In this document: positions 42,412 through 54,582 of the stretch, one piece after another
How positions within the stretch are numbered: position 1 is the stretch's first letter
Layout of the letters: the number at the start of each line of letters is the position of its first letter
NCBI GenBank assembly: GCA_964016885.1
Contig: OZ024740.1
Location: forward strand, 238,514,001 to 238,578,000
DNA from: Eledone cirrhosa
Lineage: Eukaryota
Reading direction: 5' to 3'
Length of the DNA stretch: 64,000 bases
Made by a program: the position numbers and the translations under genes
Notes under the pieces: generated by a model
Databases searched by the model: none
What the model saw: the letters and a program-made list of their open reading frames with translations, nothing else
What the model was told of the DNA's origin: nothing

Positions 42412-44559
42412 GAGTGTGCGTGTATGTATGTATGTATGTGTATAGACTATTACAGACATACACAGTGCTGTATTAACCTTCTCCCTCCCGTCTTCAAGAT
42501 ACCAAGTGACCAACCTACCATAGCAACTATCAATACAGTTGGGGATGGTAGTGGTCAGTCTATTGTCCTGGCATTAAGACAAATGGTGTGGATTTTCTGC
42601 AGTGTCCAGCTTGCCCGACCGATGACTCATGGACGACAATTGCATGAGTCATGTCTCTTTAAAAACTGGACACTGGTCTTCCACAACTTATGAAATTTCT
42701 TTGTTAGTCTTACTCCCCATTAGTAACAGTGGAATAACGCCATTACTATTATTATCATCATTATTATTCATAACAGCATCTGTTTAATTTATTTTTCCAT
42801 GACGACAACTACTGAACCAATGTTAATAACATTATCACCAACACCACTATTACTCCTACCGTTATAGCTATCACCACCCCCTACTATTATTCACACCACT
42901 CCATAACCACCATTTCACAATCACTGATACTACTACCACCACCACCAACTACCATGATTATGAATGAGACAAATGAGACAACCTCTTCATGATCACTCAG
43001 CTTACTAGAAACAATAGCCAAATTTAAACTAAAACTAGACACTAATGTATGTATTTTTAAAATAACATATTAGATAATGTAATCCATGGAAAGCTATTCT
43101 TGAAAGAAGAAAAACAAAACTACATCACCCACCACAAAAATTAAACAAAACATACACACATAAACCACCAAAAAAACCCAGGATGGTCACAGCTTGAATA
43201 CCTTTGATTGTAGGTCTGCTGTATCAGGGCTGACTTGAGGCTAAACAACAATGGCAACTTGCATGATTACAGTAAGTGATAGTAGTTGTGCAGACTGACA
43301 TAATAAACAGCCTATCAATGGTTATTAGTCAGCTAAGGATTGCTGTCTTTAAGGGACGTATTGGTTAATGAAAGGCAGACACTATTGATTTTTTTTTTGT
43401 CTCTTAGCCCTAAAAATCTTTATTGATTAAACAACTGGTTCAGAGTTGCTAATATTAATAATAAGGGTAACAACAATTACTTGGTCAATAACAATTAATT
43501 ATTATGGATTCTTCAGTTCTGAGTTCAATCCTTCCAGAGACAACTTTACATTTCATCCTTCTAGGTCTGATAAAGTACTAGTTTAAAGGAATGGACTGAT
43601 GGAATCTTTAGAACTTTAGACTAGATGCTTTCAAGGTCTTTGCATTCTATGTTTGAATCTTGCCATGACCCAGTTGGGTGGCAGACTTAATCCATCATCC
43701 AGTTTGGCATCTTGGGTACCTTTATTAAACTCCACTTAAGCCCAGGTCTCTGGTTTGAGGATGACAAAAATAATTAAAAGGTGATGGGCACAGTTCTTCC
43801 TCCCGATTAAGTGATTAGTAAAAAAAATACAAGTTATTCTAGCCTCCATCAGTGTGTATTATGTTAATGTTTCTACATATGACTTTGCTTCAGTTAGAAA
43901 ATGTCTTTACATCTCAAATTACATTCTTGACTCTCCTGGATTGGTTTTGTCACAAACAGTATAGATGTGTGACACCTTTTGTATGTTACAAACTTTCTAT
44001 ATATGACACAATTTCAAAGTTACATTGACCACACCATCCACCACTATCTCCACTTATGTGTTTTCACTACCACATCCCACCCCTTTCCATTCCCCACTCA
44101 TCACCCTATCAAATTACACCACACTCTATATACATCTCCCTTCTTTAACTCCCACAGAGCAGGGGGCTCTTCCATTGGGACAAGGACCAAGAACTTCTCC
44201 AGCATTGGTGCCACAAAAGTGCACTGGGTACACTGTGTAAGGTGGTTGGTGACAGGAAGGGCACCCTATTGGAGAAACCATGTCAAAAAAGGGTTGAGAG
44301 GACCCTTCTGTTGTGTCATGGCATGACAACCTCCTACTGGGTCTGGCCTTGTCATGGTTGGAGGGTTTGCATGTTCCGTAGATCCAAGAGAGCATTATCA
44401 TTTGGAGCTTTGCTCCTGGTAGGACCACCCTCAGTGGGCTGGTCTCTCAGGGAGGTTCCAGACTAACAGTGACCTATGGCACATTGGCTCATCACCATGA
44501 TGGCAGCCTCATCATCTGACTATTTTCTGGAGGGCCAACAACCTGCCCAAGAGAATCCT

Positions 44560-46720
44560 CAACTTGCTACAATACTGACTAGAAGAAACAAGACTGCCCA
44601 ACATTGGAACAGACCTTTGTGCACCCTTGACCTGTGAGAAATTAACCTACACCACAAGTGTTGTGTTGCTAGGTGGAATGTCCTGTCACTCCTTCACCCC
44701 GGGGCTGCCACTTTACTGTCTCAAGAGCTATCCCACTACAACATCATACTGGCCTGGTAGCAGCAAGTTCATCATGGGAGAGCACACCTGGAATGGTCAC
44801 AATGACCAGTTGGGCCCCTGTGGTGTGGCACTGGTCATTCCTAAGCATGTCCACAAGTTGCTCCTCAGCTGGAACCTGGTACACAACCATTTACATGGGA
44901 AGATGATTGTCGTTGTCACCTATGCCCCTACAGAAGTCATAGTGGACACTGTCAAGGATGACTACTATGACTGGCTGCAACAGGTTTTAGGACAAATTCC
45001 ATTCTACATCATGATCATCTTGATAGACACCAATGCTACTACCTTCTCTTTTTCCAGGCTCCCTCCAACCAACCCACTCTAGACTCAGCCCGCTAACACA
45101 ACCTTCGCCGGCCCATCCACCAAGGTCAACAGTAATTACCCGCTGTTCCAACCTTTGTATCACCAACTCCTGGTTACCCTGCAAACTCATCTATCATTGG
45201 ACTTGGTAGAGTCCAAGTGGCAACACCCAGAAGGCGATCAACCACATCACCATCTTCCCTCACTGAAAGTCGTTTGTCATCAACTGCTAGACCTACAGAG
45301 GAGCTAAATTCAGCCCAATAACGACCATTAATTGCTGGCTGTGATACTCAAGTTGAAGCTGCAGGTGGACCCTACCTAACCATCATCACAGACACAACTA
45401 ACGACACTTGCAGACTCGATCCTGTTACCCTTGACAGTAAGGTGATAGAGGTAGTTAGAGTAAGTGACAGAATCATGAAGCTTAGAATAGCTGTAGGAAA
45501 TAGAATGGTAACAATTACATCTACCTATGCTCCACAGGCAGGACTTAGTAAAGACCAAAAGGTCAGGTTCATTTATCATGTACTGATGAAAGTGACTTCA
45601 TCATCCTGGCAGGCAACTTCACTGGACATGTGGGCCAATACCAGGATGGATTCTGTGGAGTTCATGGTGGTTATGGTTATGGCTCAAGTAATATAATAAT
45701 AATAATAATAATAATGAAATTATTGTGTAAAGTGCTCAGGTGCACTACAACTCGTCAATATAGTACATAGAATAATACACAAATGCCAGGGAAGTACATG
45801 TTTGTATGTGTTAGCTGTAGTGTTGGCGGATCTCGGGAAGCATGGAGGCCTTAAAGGATGCAGTGTCTCGACAGCTAACAACTGATGCAGGTAGTTTGTT
45901 CCATGCTTCAGCAACTCTGAGCGTGAAAAAATGTTTCCGAAAGTCATGGGAACTGTGCTGTTTTCTTACTTTGTGGGCATGTCCACGTGTGTTAGACACA
46001 TGGAAATCGAATGAAGAGGGATTGAGGCTCCTGGAATTCTGTGACATGAATGAACTAATCATTTGTCACATAAATTTCAGGAAACCAACCAGCGCCCCTG
46101 ATCTCATATCAATCAGGTGAACACAAGCCAAATTGATTACTTACTCGTTAGACGAGATAAATGTACTGTAATAAATACTAAGGTTTTCTCTGGGGGAAGA
46201 ATGCATCCCCCAACACAAGTTAGTTATTAGTGATAACATAAGACACATAAGACAAAACATAAGACAAAACAAGATACACAGGAAAATAAGGAGACAAAGG
46301 GTGTTGAAGCTAAAGGACAGTTAAATATAAATTTAGAAAGGCCTTACAGGATGCGGTAGATGAGAGGGGTGATGAGCTAGGTACATATAACATAGAGGAC
46401 AACTGGACATTTCTGTGTGACAACCTTTTGCAAACTACTTAAGAGACTTGTAGTTAGAGTAAAGCATCAGCCAGACAGAGGATGACCAGGGTGCAGAACA
46501 GCACAGTGGATGGAGCCACTAAAGCCAAGATACAGGCATTGAAAGATTGGTAAAATGGGGGTAGCAGAGATAGTACCCACTAGATAAGAGAGAAGCTACA
46601 TGACAGATGAGAGAGAGGATGTAAAAAGAAAGTTTGCCAATGTCTTGAAATGTGAAGTGTTCCGCATTACAAGACAGTGTGTTAGTGAGAATTGAGATGT
46701 TGAGGGAAAATGTCTCAGAA
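44560..46720 (+). mobile_element. Two degraded RTE endonuclease remnants; the second is interrupted by a CR1 3' fragment at 45690-46008 (minus)
   Basis: VVTYAPTE; RVSDRIMKLR..STYAPQAG..GYGS|NEEGLRLLEFCD continues across the CR1 insert. Confidence 0.75.
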
Positions 46721-47910
46721 ATTATGCTGTGTCCCCTTCGCTACTACTTCTTAGCTATTCTCTCCATCACTACACCACCTCCCTCCCATGCTAGTGATCA
46801 CACATCCACCACTATCACCGCTTAGGTATTCTCACCATCACTACATCCCCTGGGCTATCGGAAGTCACCCCATCCTCTTCTTCTCATTTCCTTGTCAAAT
46901 CACACCACACTTACAATTCACCCATAAATTCATATTTATCTCCCCTCTCCCCAACAGAGCAGAAAGAGCTCCTCATTTGGGATAATAACCGACAACCTCT
47001 CTAGTGTTGGTGTCATGAAATACACCTAGGGTACCATGTAAAGTGATTAGTGATAAAAAGGGCACTCTGCTATAGAAACCTTTTGCCAAAAAGGCTGAGT
47101 GGACCCCTTCAGTTGTGTAGGCAGCAGAACAGCCTCTTTAGTGTTGGCAATCTACATGATAAATACATGCAGAACATGCTGCAAAGTGGTTGGTGACAGG
47201 AAGAACATCCAGCCATAGAAAGCTTGCCAAATAAAGGGTTGGTAAACCCCTTCATTTGTATCAAAGCCATGCCAACCTCCCTAGTGCTGGTATCATGATA
47301 AAATGTATTCAGTAGAATGTGGGACCATATATGTGAGATACAGATCCTTGGCCTGTCTGTGAGATCAGGAGACCTACTTGAGGCTGGATCATTTCCAAGT
47401 TCTGAGGGTAGAAATCCAACCTTAGAAGTGCAGTTCTGGCTTTATGGACCATATAAGGGCACAATGATAGCATAGATAATTCTGTTAGATATATAGAAAC
47501 CAATATTTTGAACTGAAGCAGACACACACACACACATGTACCAATACAAACAACTAATATGTAGATAAGACATTTTTAGATGCTTAAATATATAAAAATG
47601 TGTGTTTACATACACAGTTCTTGCAGCTTCAGCAAAAACCTGTACTGTTTGTACAGATATGAATTTATAATATACTTTAGCTGCTTAGTGCCTAGTTTAA
47701 GATATAAACATTTAAATATAGTCTTCAAGTACTTTTTATACAAATATACAGTTACACTTCAAGCATTATAATGTATACACACATATATACATATAATATG
47801 TGTGTTTAAACAAAGAAAAATAATCTAATACAAAGAGTACATATGGGAGAGAATAAAAACACGAACAGCTCTCTTATATGAGTACTCTCTTTATTAACAT
47901 GGCTTTTTTT

Positions 47911-48344
47911 TTAATCCTTTCATTACCAGATTTCTAATGAAATACACTGCCTTTGGTTTTCAAATAATTTTGAAAATGGGTTTCCTCTGAAGGGTCTTTG
48001 GAGTAACATTACTCGACAGAGTGCGCAGCTTGGAGATCACAACTCCAAAACTAGGGACATGTTTGAATTTCACAAGGAAGAATCAGTGGATAGATTTTAT
48101 GGGCAAAACCAACTGGCAGGAGACCCAGAGGTAGACTCTGAGCAAGATGGTTGGATAACATCCATGACCTTGGCTGGTCTCACTTGGGGATAGTTACTCT
48201 AACAGGATCCACTGAAAGGAGTGTTTGAGGACTCTGTCTCCACGACCTTAAGTGGGCAAAGAAGAAGATAAACATTTTAAAATTAACCACATACTATCAC
48301 AGAATTAGGGGCAGTTTCAGGTGGTTTCATACCAAAAGGGTTAA
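47911..48344. mobile_element. piggyBac-like MITE with an internal RTE-like fragment; sister copy at 54312-54582
   Basis: TTAA-TCCTTT...AAAGGG-TTAA; both copies share ATTTCTAATGAAA.ACACT and GGTTTCA subterminal sequence. Confidence 0.65.
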
Positions 48345-48407
48345 AAATGTAAAATATATATATACTCACTTTTGAATCTGAAATTTTTTTTAGATACATA
48401 TGTATGT

Positions 48408-48440
<33 letters not shown>

Positions 48441-48448
<8 letters not shown>

Positions 48449-48622
48449 GTTGAGAAGGCAACACACCAGAGAGAGATATATAGTGCGTTATATTTTTAAT
48501 TATCGTGTCTATAGTCTGCCTTTCATAGGTTATAGATTCCATACACTGGTGGTCTTTTCCCTGTATTATTGATAACGCACTATATATCTCTCTCTGGTGT
48601 GTTGCCTTCTCAACATATTATA
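48441..48622. repeat. ~50-bp perfect inverted repeat with ~80-bp spacer
   Basis: TATAATATGTTGAGAAGGCAACACACCAGAGAGAGATATATAGTGCGTTAT and its reverse complement. Confidence 0.9.
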
Positions 48623-48882
48623 TTTTAAAGGGCTCAGGATCTCTTCCCCTTTGAGCACATTATTTACAGGGAATAACGACGGCCTATGCCTCCGTTAATT
48701 TATCGTGATATATATATATATATATATATAACAGAAGTCCGACAAGCTTTTGATTCCAGAGTTAGGCCAGATCGATACAGATCGAACCTTGAGCTGATCA
48801 ATTGAAAAACGCGCATCACAACTCAATAAATGTGATGAAGACCTAACACTTTGTGCTTTTTTAAAATTAATAGTATATATAT

Positions 48883-48934
<52 letters not shown>

Positions 48935-49099
48935 TAAGTCTTCACTCAAATCAAATTCATCTGACGAATGTTCTACTTAGAAACTTAATCATAGAAAAGT
49001 AGTAATATTTACACCTTTTGTATAAAAGTAGTAATATTTACACCAAATGTATTTTACATGTTTAACCCTTTTGGTATGAAACCACCTGAAACTGCCCTT

Positions 49100-49420
49100 G
49101 CAGTCACGAATGACCATGGGATTTGCACGTAGAAAGTTGCCTTCTGAGGCACAAGTATGGAAAGGTGCTTTTGTGGAAGACCTATGCATACCAGTCTCCC
49201 CTCTCCCTGTTGCTGATGTTGTCCGGGGAAAAGGCAAAGGCTGATACAGCTTGGCACCAGCAACATTGCAACTCATTTTTTTCCAGTTGAGTGAAATGGA
49301 GCAACTTGAAATAAAGTGTCTTGCTCAAGAAAACAATAATCCACCTGGTCTGGGAATTGAACTCACAAGCTCATGATTGTAAGCAAAATGGTCTAACTAC
49401 AAAACCACATGCCTTCACTT
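49100..49420 (-). mobile_element. tRNA-derived SINE, older family
   Basis: Minus strand GTGAAGGCATGTGG...GAGTTCAATTCCCAGACC..TTGAGCAAGACACTTTATTTC. Confidence 0.7.
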
Positions 49421-50703
49421 CTGTTTGTTCTTATATATATATATATATATATATAATGAAAATATAAGAAAAAAAAACAAGATGAAGTAGTTAGTTAATC
49501 CATTGTTTTATGATTGTTTGAGATCAAAATTATTGATGTGCTGACTATTCAATGGTAGTTATGCAACTCCATACCATCAGTCTCAAGAAAACATATTGAC
49601 CCTGCTATCTATCTTCAGAAAACAATCATTTATTAACTACTTCATCTTGTTTTATTTTTTCTTATTCTTTCATTGTAAAACATTATATATCTGATTCTCA
49701 TCATCATCATCGTTTAACGTCCATCTTCCACATTAGCATGGGTTAGATTCTGTAGTTTTGAATACTAAACAACAGATTTCGCTTTGCTTCAATGGGATAT
49801 TCACATCAACACTACATTGAATTCTAAATGGTTATAAATCCTATCCTGGTTAGTTAGAACACACATGAACACATATATATATATCTTTCATAATCATCAT
49901 CATCGTTTAATGCCCATCTTCTATGCTAGCATGGGTAGGTGGGGCTGTCCCTTTGTGAGAGATCAGGTCAGGGGGTACTGTGAATTTGCTCACACAGAAC
50001 TGATATATATTTACAAAAATCCATAATATATGTGTGTGTATGTGTGTGAGAGAGAGAGACACACACACATACAAGGAAAGAAGCAATTTTAAATACAAAT
50101 CTACATATGCACTCAAAGAATTATATATTTACATACATGCATATTATCGTTGAGGAAGATGAATAAACAGTAAAGAAGTGCAACACAGAGAGATTTCCAA
50201 TAAATGGAGGATTTGGTGTATTTATTCAGTGAAAATCAGAACAACTCTAACACTGCTCTAGGCACTTCAACAGGGCCATATCAGGGTAATCTTAATATCA
50301 GCCAGTATTTGACACTAGACCCAGCACTTTTGTACAAAATAAAGCTTCTATAAGTACTATATTCCCCCTTATTTTTCAGTGCTTTAAACCCATTTTTCCA
50401 TTGCTATGGGAAGAGAAATTGTTTTGTCAATTTAGACATATCTGTATCGTTGGAGTGATAAGATTTCAACTTTGATTTTAGAATGCACTCTCCTAATTTA
50501 CTATTGAGTGCTTAATTTCAAGAAATGAATTCAATTATAAGATCACTGATTAAAAAAAAAACTCTTGATACAGATATCTATATTTGTCAAAACCTATTTC
50601 ACCAATTTTAACACGGAGTGATGGATATAAAACAGTAATAGAATAAAAATAAATATAATTAATGATGTAGATAAATTTATATGTATGGGGAGATGTATGT
50701 GTA

Positions 50704-50753
<50 letters not shown>

Positions 50754-51323
50754 GTTTAGATATAATGGAAAATAACTAAATTGAAACAATGACAAATGTT
50801 AAAGGCCATAAACATAATGAAGTAAAGTGTGCAAAGTAAGAGTGAGATGAGAGAGAAATTTGTTTGAACAAAACATGAACAACTGAGATAGTACAGAGAG
50901 AAATCTAATATAGATGGAGATATATGTATGTCATATGACTTGGTACATACATTTTATGTATGTGTGCAAACATATACATACAAAATATATAGAACATACA
51001 ATTGGAAATGAATAAGTTGCTGATACAATCTATATGTATGTTAAAAACTCCAAAAATAATTATAAACTAGAAATAATGTTGATTTTTTGGGGGTTGGGTG
51101 GGGAGAAAAAATCTGAAATATTTTTTACAATATTTGTTTAAGATATTAACAAGTTGTTTTCTTTTTCTATATGTTGGGGGGTCAATGAAAAAAATTGTCA
51201 TGAAAACAATGAGTAAAATTCTCAAAAATATATTTCATTTTAGTAATAACAATAGTAATATTGCAGAGGTATATATAATATTCAAGAATATATTATTTGA
51301 GAAAGAAATAGTCTTGTTAATTA

Positions 51324-51390
<67 letters not shown>

Positions 51391-52469
51391 TAAAACACCT
51401 CAATAACATAGAACTCATGATGTGCATCATAGGCACATAGCTACACATTTTGAGGAAAGATACAGGTTATACCGACTCCAGTATTTGACGGGTGCTTATT
51501 TTACAACCCCCACCTCACCTCTCCACAGAAAGTCAACCTTGGTGGATTTGAACCCAGAAATAATAATAATAATAATAGTGAATTCTCTTTGCAATTTTTG
51601 AAAATCAAGAATATAAAATAATTGATTAAGCAAATAACTAATAAACAAACTTAACAGCTAATTAGAAGCTCAATTTTCTTCAAACACCATAAGTATTTTT
51701 GATTTAAAAGAAAAAAAAAAAAAGAAAAAAAGAAAACAACACACAAAATGTTTAACTGCAATTTTGTACAATTATTGAAACAAAGGATAAAGATTGCAGC
51801 AACTTTTGTAAATATTTATGAAACAAACAGATGTAGAAGTTGGTCATGTAATATTTTGTCTCTTCATTTAGAAATGTGTTGTCAAACTATCAGATGTGTC
51901 ACAGTGTAGTGGGCTGAGTACATTATATCAGAGTGGAGGGCAATGTATATACAATGTAGTTAACAGAATCTCTCTAGACTCGAACATAGAATATACAACA
52001 AGCAAGTGACCTCCAGAGGACTTAGATATTAAAGCGGTTCACATAAAAACTGGATTGAAGAAAGATAGAGAGTGAGAGAGAGAAAGAGAAAGAGAGAAAT
52101 GAAAAAATGAGAAGAGATGTTATGAGATTTAGCTGGTTCAGTTATGAAGGAAACCCTCAGTCAGAAACAGTCATTGATAGTAACAACTCAAAGGAACTTG
52201 ATTGGACTTTCTCTTCCAAAACACTGGAATTGATTTATTGAACATTTTCTTTTTTCTGATAGATGTTAGTGGGATATCACATTGTGTTGGTTGCTAAACA
52301 AATATCACATCATTTGTGTGAATGTGTTAGTGTGTGTGAATATGTTTGTGTGAATGTGTGTCTCAAGTGAGGGTAAAGTGAATCTAGCCTTGATAATAAT
52401 AGAAATAGTTTAGAATGGATCTCATGGAAGATTTTATTAGTACAGTACATCACGGTGTTTATTGTTATA

Positions 52470-52610
52470 TCATGAATCTTTGTTATCACCACTATCATCA
52501 GCACCATCATCGAGATCATCATCATCATCATCTTCATCATCTTCATCCTCATCATCATCACCAAGACCAAGATCGTCGTCATCTTCATCATCATCGTCAT
52601 CTTCTATAAC
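52470..52610 (-). CDS. USO1: USO1/p115 last coding exon (acidic tail)
   Basis: tcttctag|GTT; VIEDDDDDEDDDDLGLGDDDEDEDD...DNKDS*; 141 nt, phase 0; p115 proteins end in an acidic tail; AATAAA just downstream. Confidence 0.9.
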   Translation of the reverse strand, partial: VIEDDDDDEDDDDLGLGDDDEDEDDEDDDDDDLDDGADDSGDNKDS

Positions 52611-53118
52611 CTAGAAGACAAAGAAAAAATACCCATTATTATTCCTACTGAAAGACTATGAAAATGTGGATACAGTTGAATTGTTTGGAGGACCATTGGA
52701 CCATTTCTTGGTATACAAAACTTGTCTTGGTATATAGAGTACCATCTACTGTAGAACAGAGTAATTTGTCTCAGTATATAGAGTACCATCTACCATAGAA
52801 TAGGGTGGCTTCTCTGAGGTACTAAGTACAGTATACTATGGTATCTTGTCTGAGTATATAGAGTACCAACTACAGTTTCTATGTAGTGAAACATATTTGA
52901 AGTTATACTCCATGTGTCAAGAGTCAAAACAACTAACCACCAAGCCATCACATCTCTCCTGAATTAATCACACAAACCTCTACACTGATTACCATAATTT
53001 GAAAGGACATTTTTAGTAGAAAATCTTTCATATATAAAAAAAAATCCTTTAAATCATAACACTTTCAATTTAGTAATTTAACAATTTTCTTAAATGAGCA
53101 ACAGGAAATTTGACTTAC

Positions 53119-53277
53119 ATATCCAAACTCTTTTAATTTATCTTTGTATTTCTTCATCTTGGCATCTTGGTCAGACAGCAGTACCAACAAATCATCCTGT
53201 TCCTTCTTCAGTGCATCAGCATCAGATAGTAGATTAGCTTTATCACAATTTAGTGTACTTTTCTCCTCTTCCAGTTT
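53119..53277 (-). CDS. USO1: USO1/p115 penultimate exon (Uso1_p115_C coiled coil)
   Basis: tttcag|KLEEEK...LKKEQDDLLVLLSDQDAKMKKYKDKLKEFGY|gtaagt; matches the p115 signature KKEQDDLLVLLADQD; 159 nt. Confidence 0.95.
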
Positions 53278-54311
53278 CTGAAAGGTGACATATTAGGTAC
53301 AGTAAGAGGAAAACATTATATAGCATGCTAGAGAGCATATGAATTGGTTAGTTTTATATCAGAAATCATTTTAACATAGACTTGAGTTAAAATAATTTTG
53401 GAGCTATAACCACCACAACAGAAAACATGAAGGTTTAATAATTGAGCAATTACAATCTTGATTTAGTTGTATCTCATTCAGTTCTAGTTTATGTACAATA
53501 AGTTCTATATTACAATACTTTTCTGTGAATGCAGGCATGGATGAGTGGTTAGAGTTCACTGCACAATCATGAGATCTCAGTTTTGATCAGTCTGTACAAC
53601 ATCTCAAACAAATGTCTTCACCACAGCTGTGAGTTGACCAGAGTCGTATCAGTGAAATTGGGTAGATGGAAACTGTGAAAAGCAGGTCGGATTGATTGTG
53701 CTTATAATTCAATGATCCGATCTTGTTGATTATTGGGTCATGAAGATTCAGCTAGTGAATTATATTAAGGGTATAAGTGTTTGTGGGATACTCATCCACT
53801 TATAAGTTAAGTCACATATCAAATGTTCAGTTGATTGAACAATGGAATGTTCATTGTTGAAACCAACAGAGGATCTATCATCATCATTTTACAGTATTAA
53901 GATGATTGAATGGTGATTATAATTGGAGCAACAGAAGATAAATGATCAAGCAGACTTATAAACTATAATTTTGGGTGTTTCTTTCTTTTTCTGTATCTAG
54001 GACTCTATTGTCCAATGTGTTTGCCTTTTTTTAAAGGTTATGTGATGTGGAAAGTTGAGTAACCTAGAAATCTTTCTATATTCCAACCTATACTTCATTG
54101 CCCAACTTACTAAAAATAGCAGCCAAATTTCTACATCATAACACCATAAAAAAAACCAGTCACATTGGACGATGCAGTCCTAGATATTCAAAAAGAAGGT
54201 TACAACTGAAACACTGAAGATTATAGTTTTAAGCCTGCTCGTTCAAGGCTGCCCTAGGGCTAAACATCAATAAATGAGTATCAGTAAGTAGCTTAGAAGT
54301 AGCAGAAAAAG

Positions 54312-54582
54312 TTAACCCTTTTGTTGCCATATTTCTAATGAAAGACACTACTTAATGAAAAACACTCAATAACTATCAAATCATTTTGAAACTTATCAAG
54401 AATTTGGAGGGATTTAGCAATAATTCTTTCTCCTTACTAATCTGTTGTTTGGAACATATCTTAACAAAGGCTCTTAGATATAAAATCATGATGGAAGGTT
54501 TTAGATAAATATAAATCTTTAAAATGAACAGCCTTGTATCATAGAAACAGAGGTGGTTTCAGGCTGGTATCAGAAGGATTAA
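54312..54582. mobile_element. piggyBac-like MITE
   Basis: TTAA-CCCTTTTG...CAGAAGGA-TTAA. Confidence 0.65.

Noticed and set aside
52310-52609. Met-rich and His-rich ORFs
   Set aside because: Alternative frames of the Asp-rich last USO1 exon
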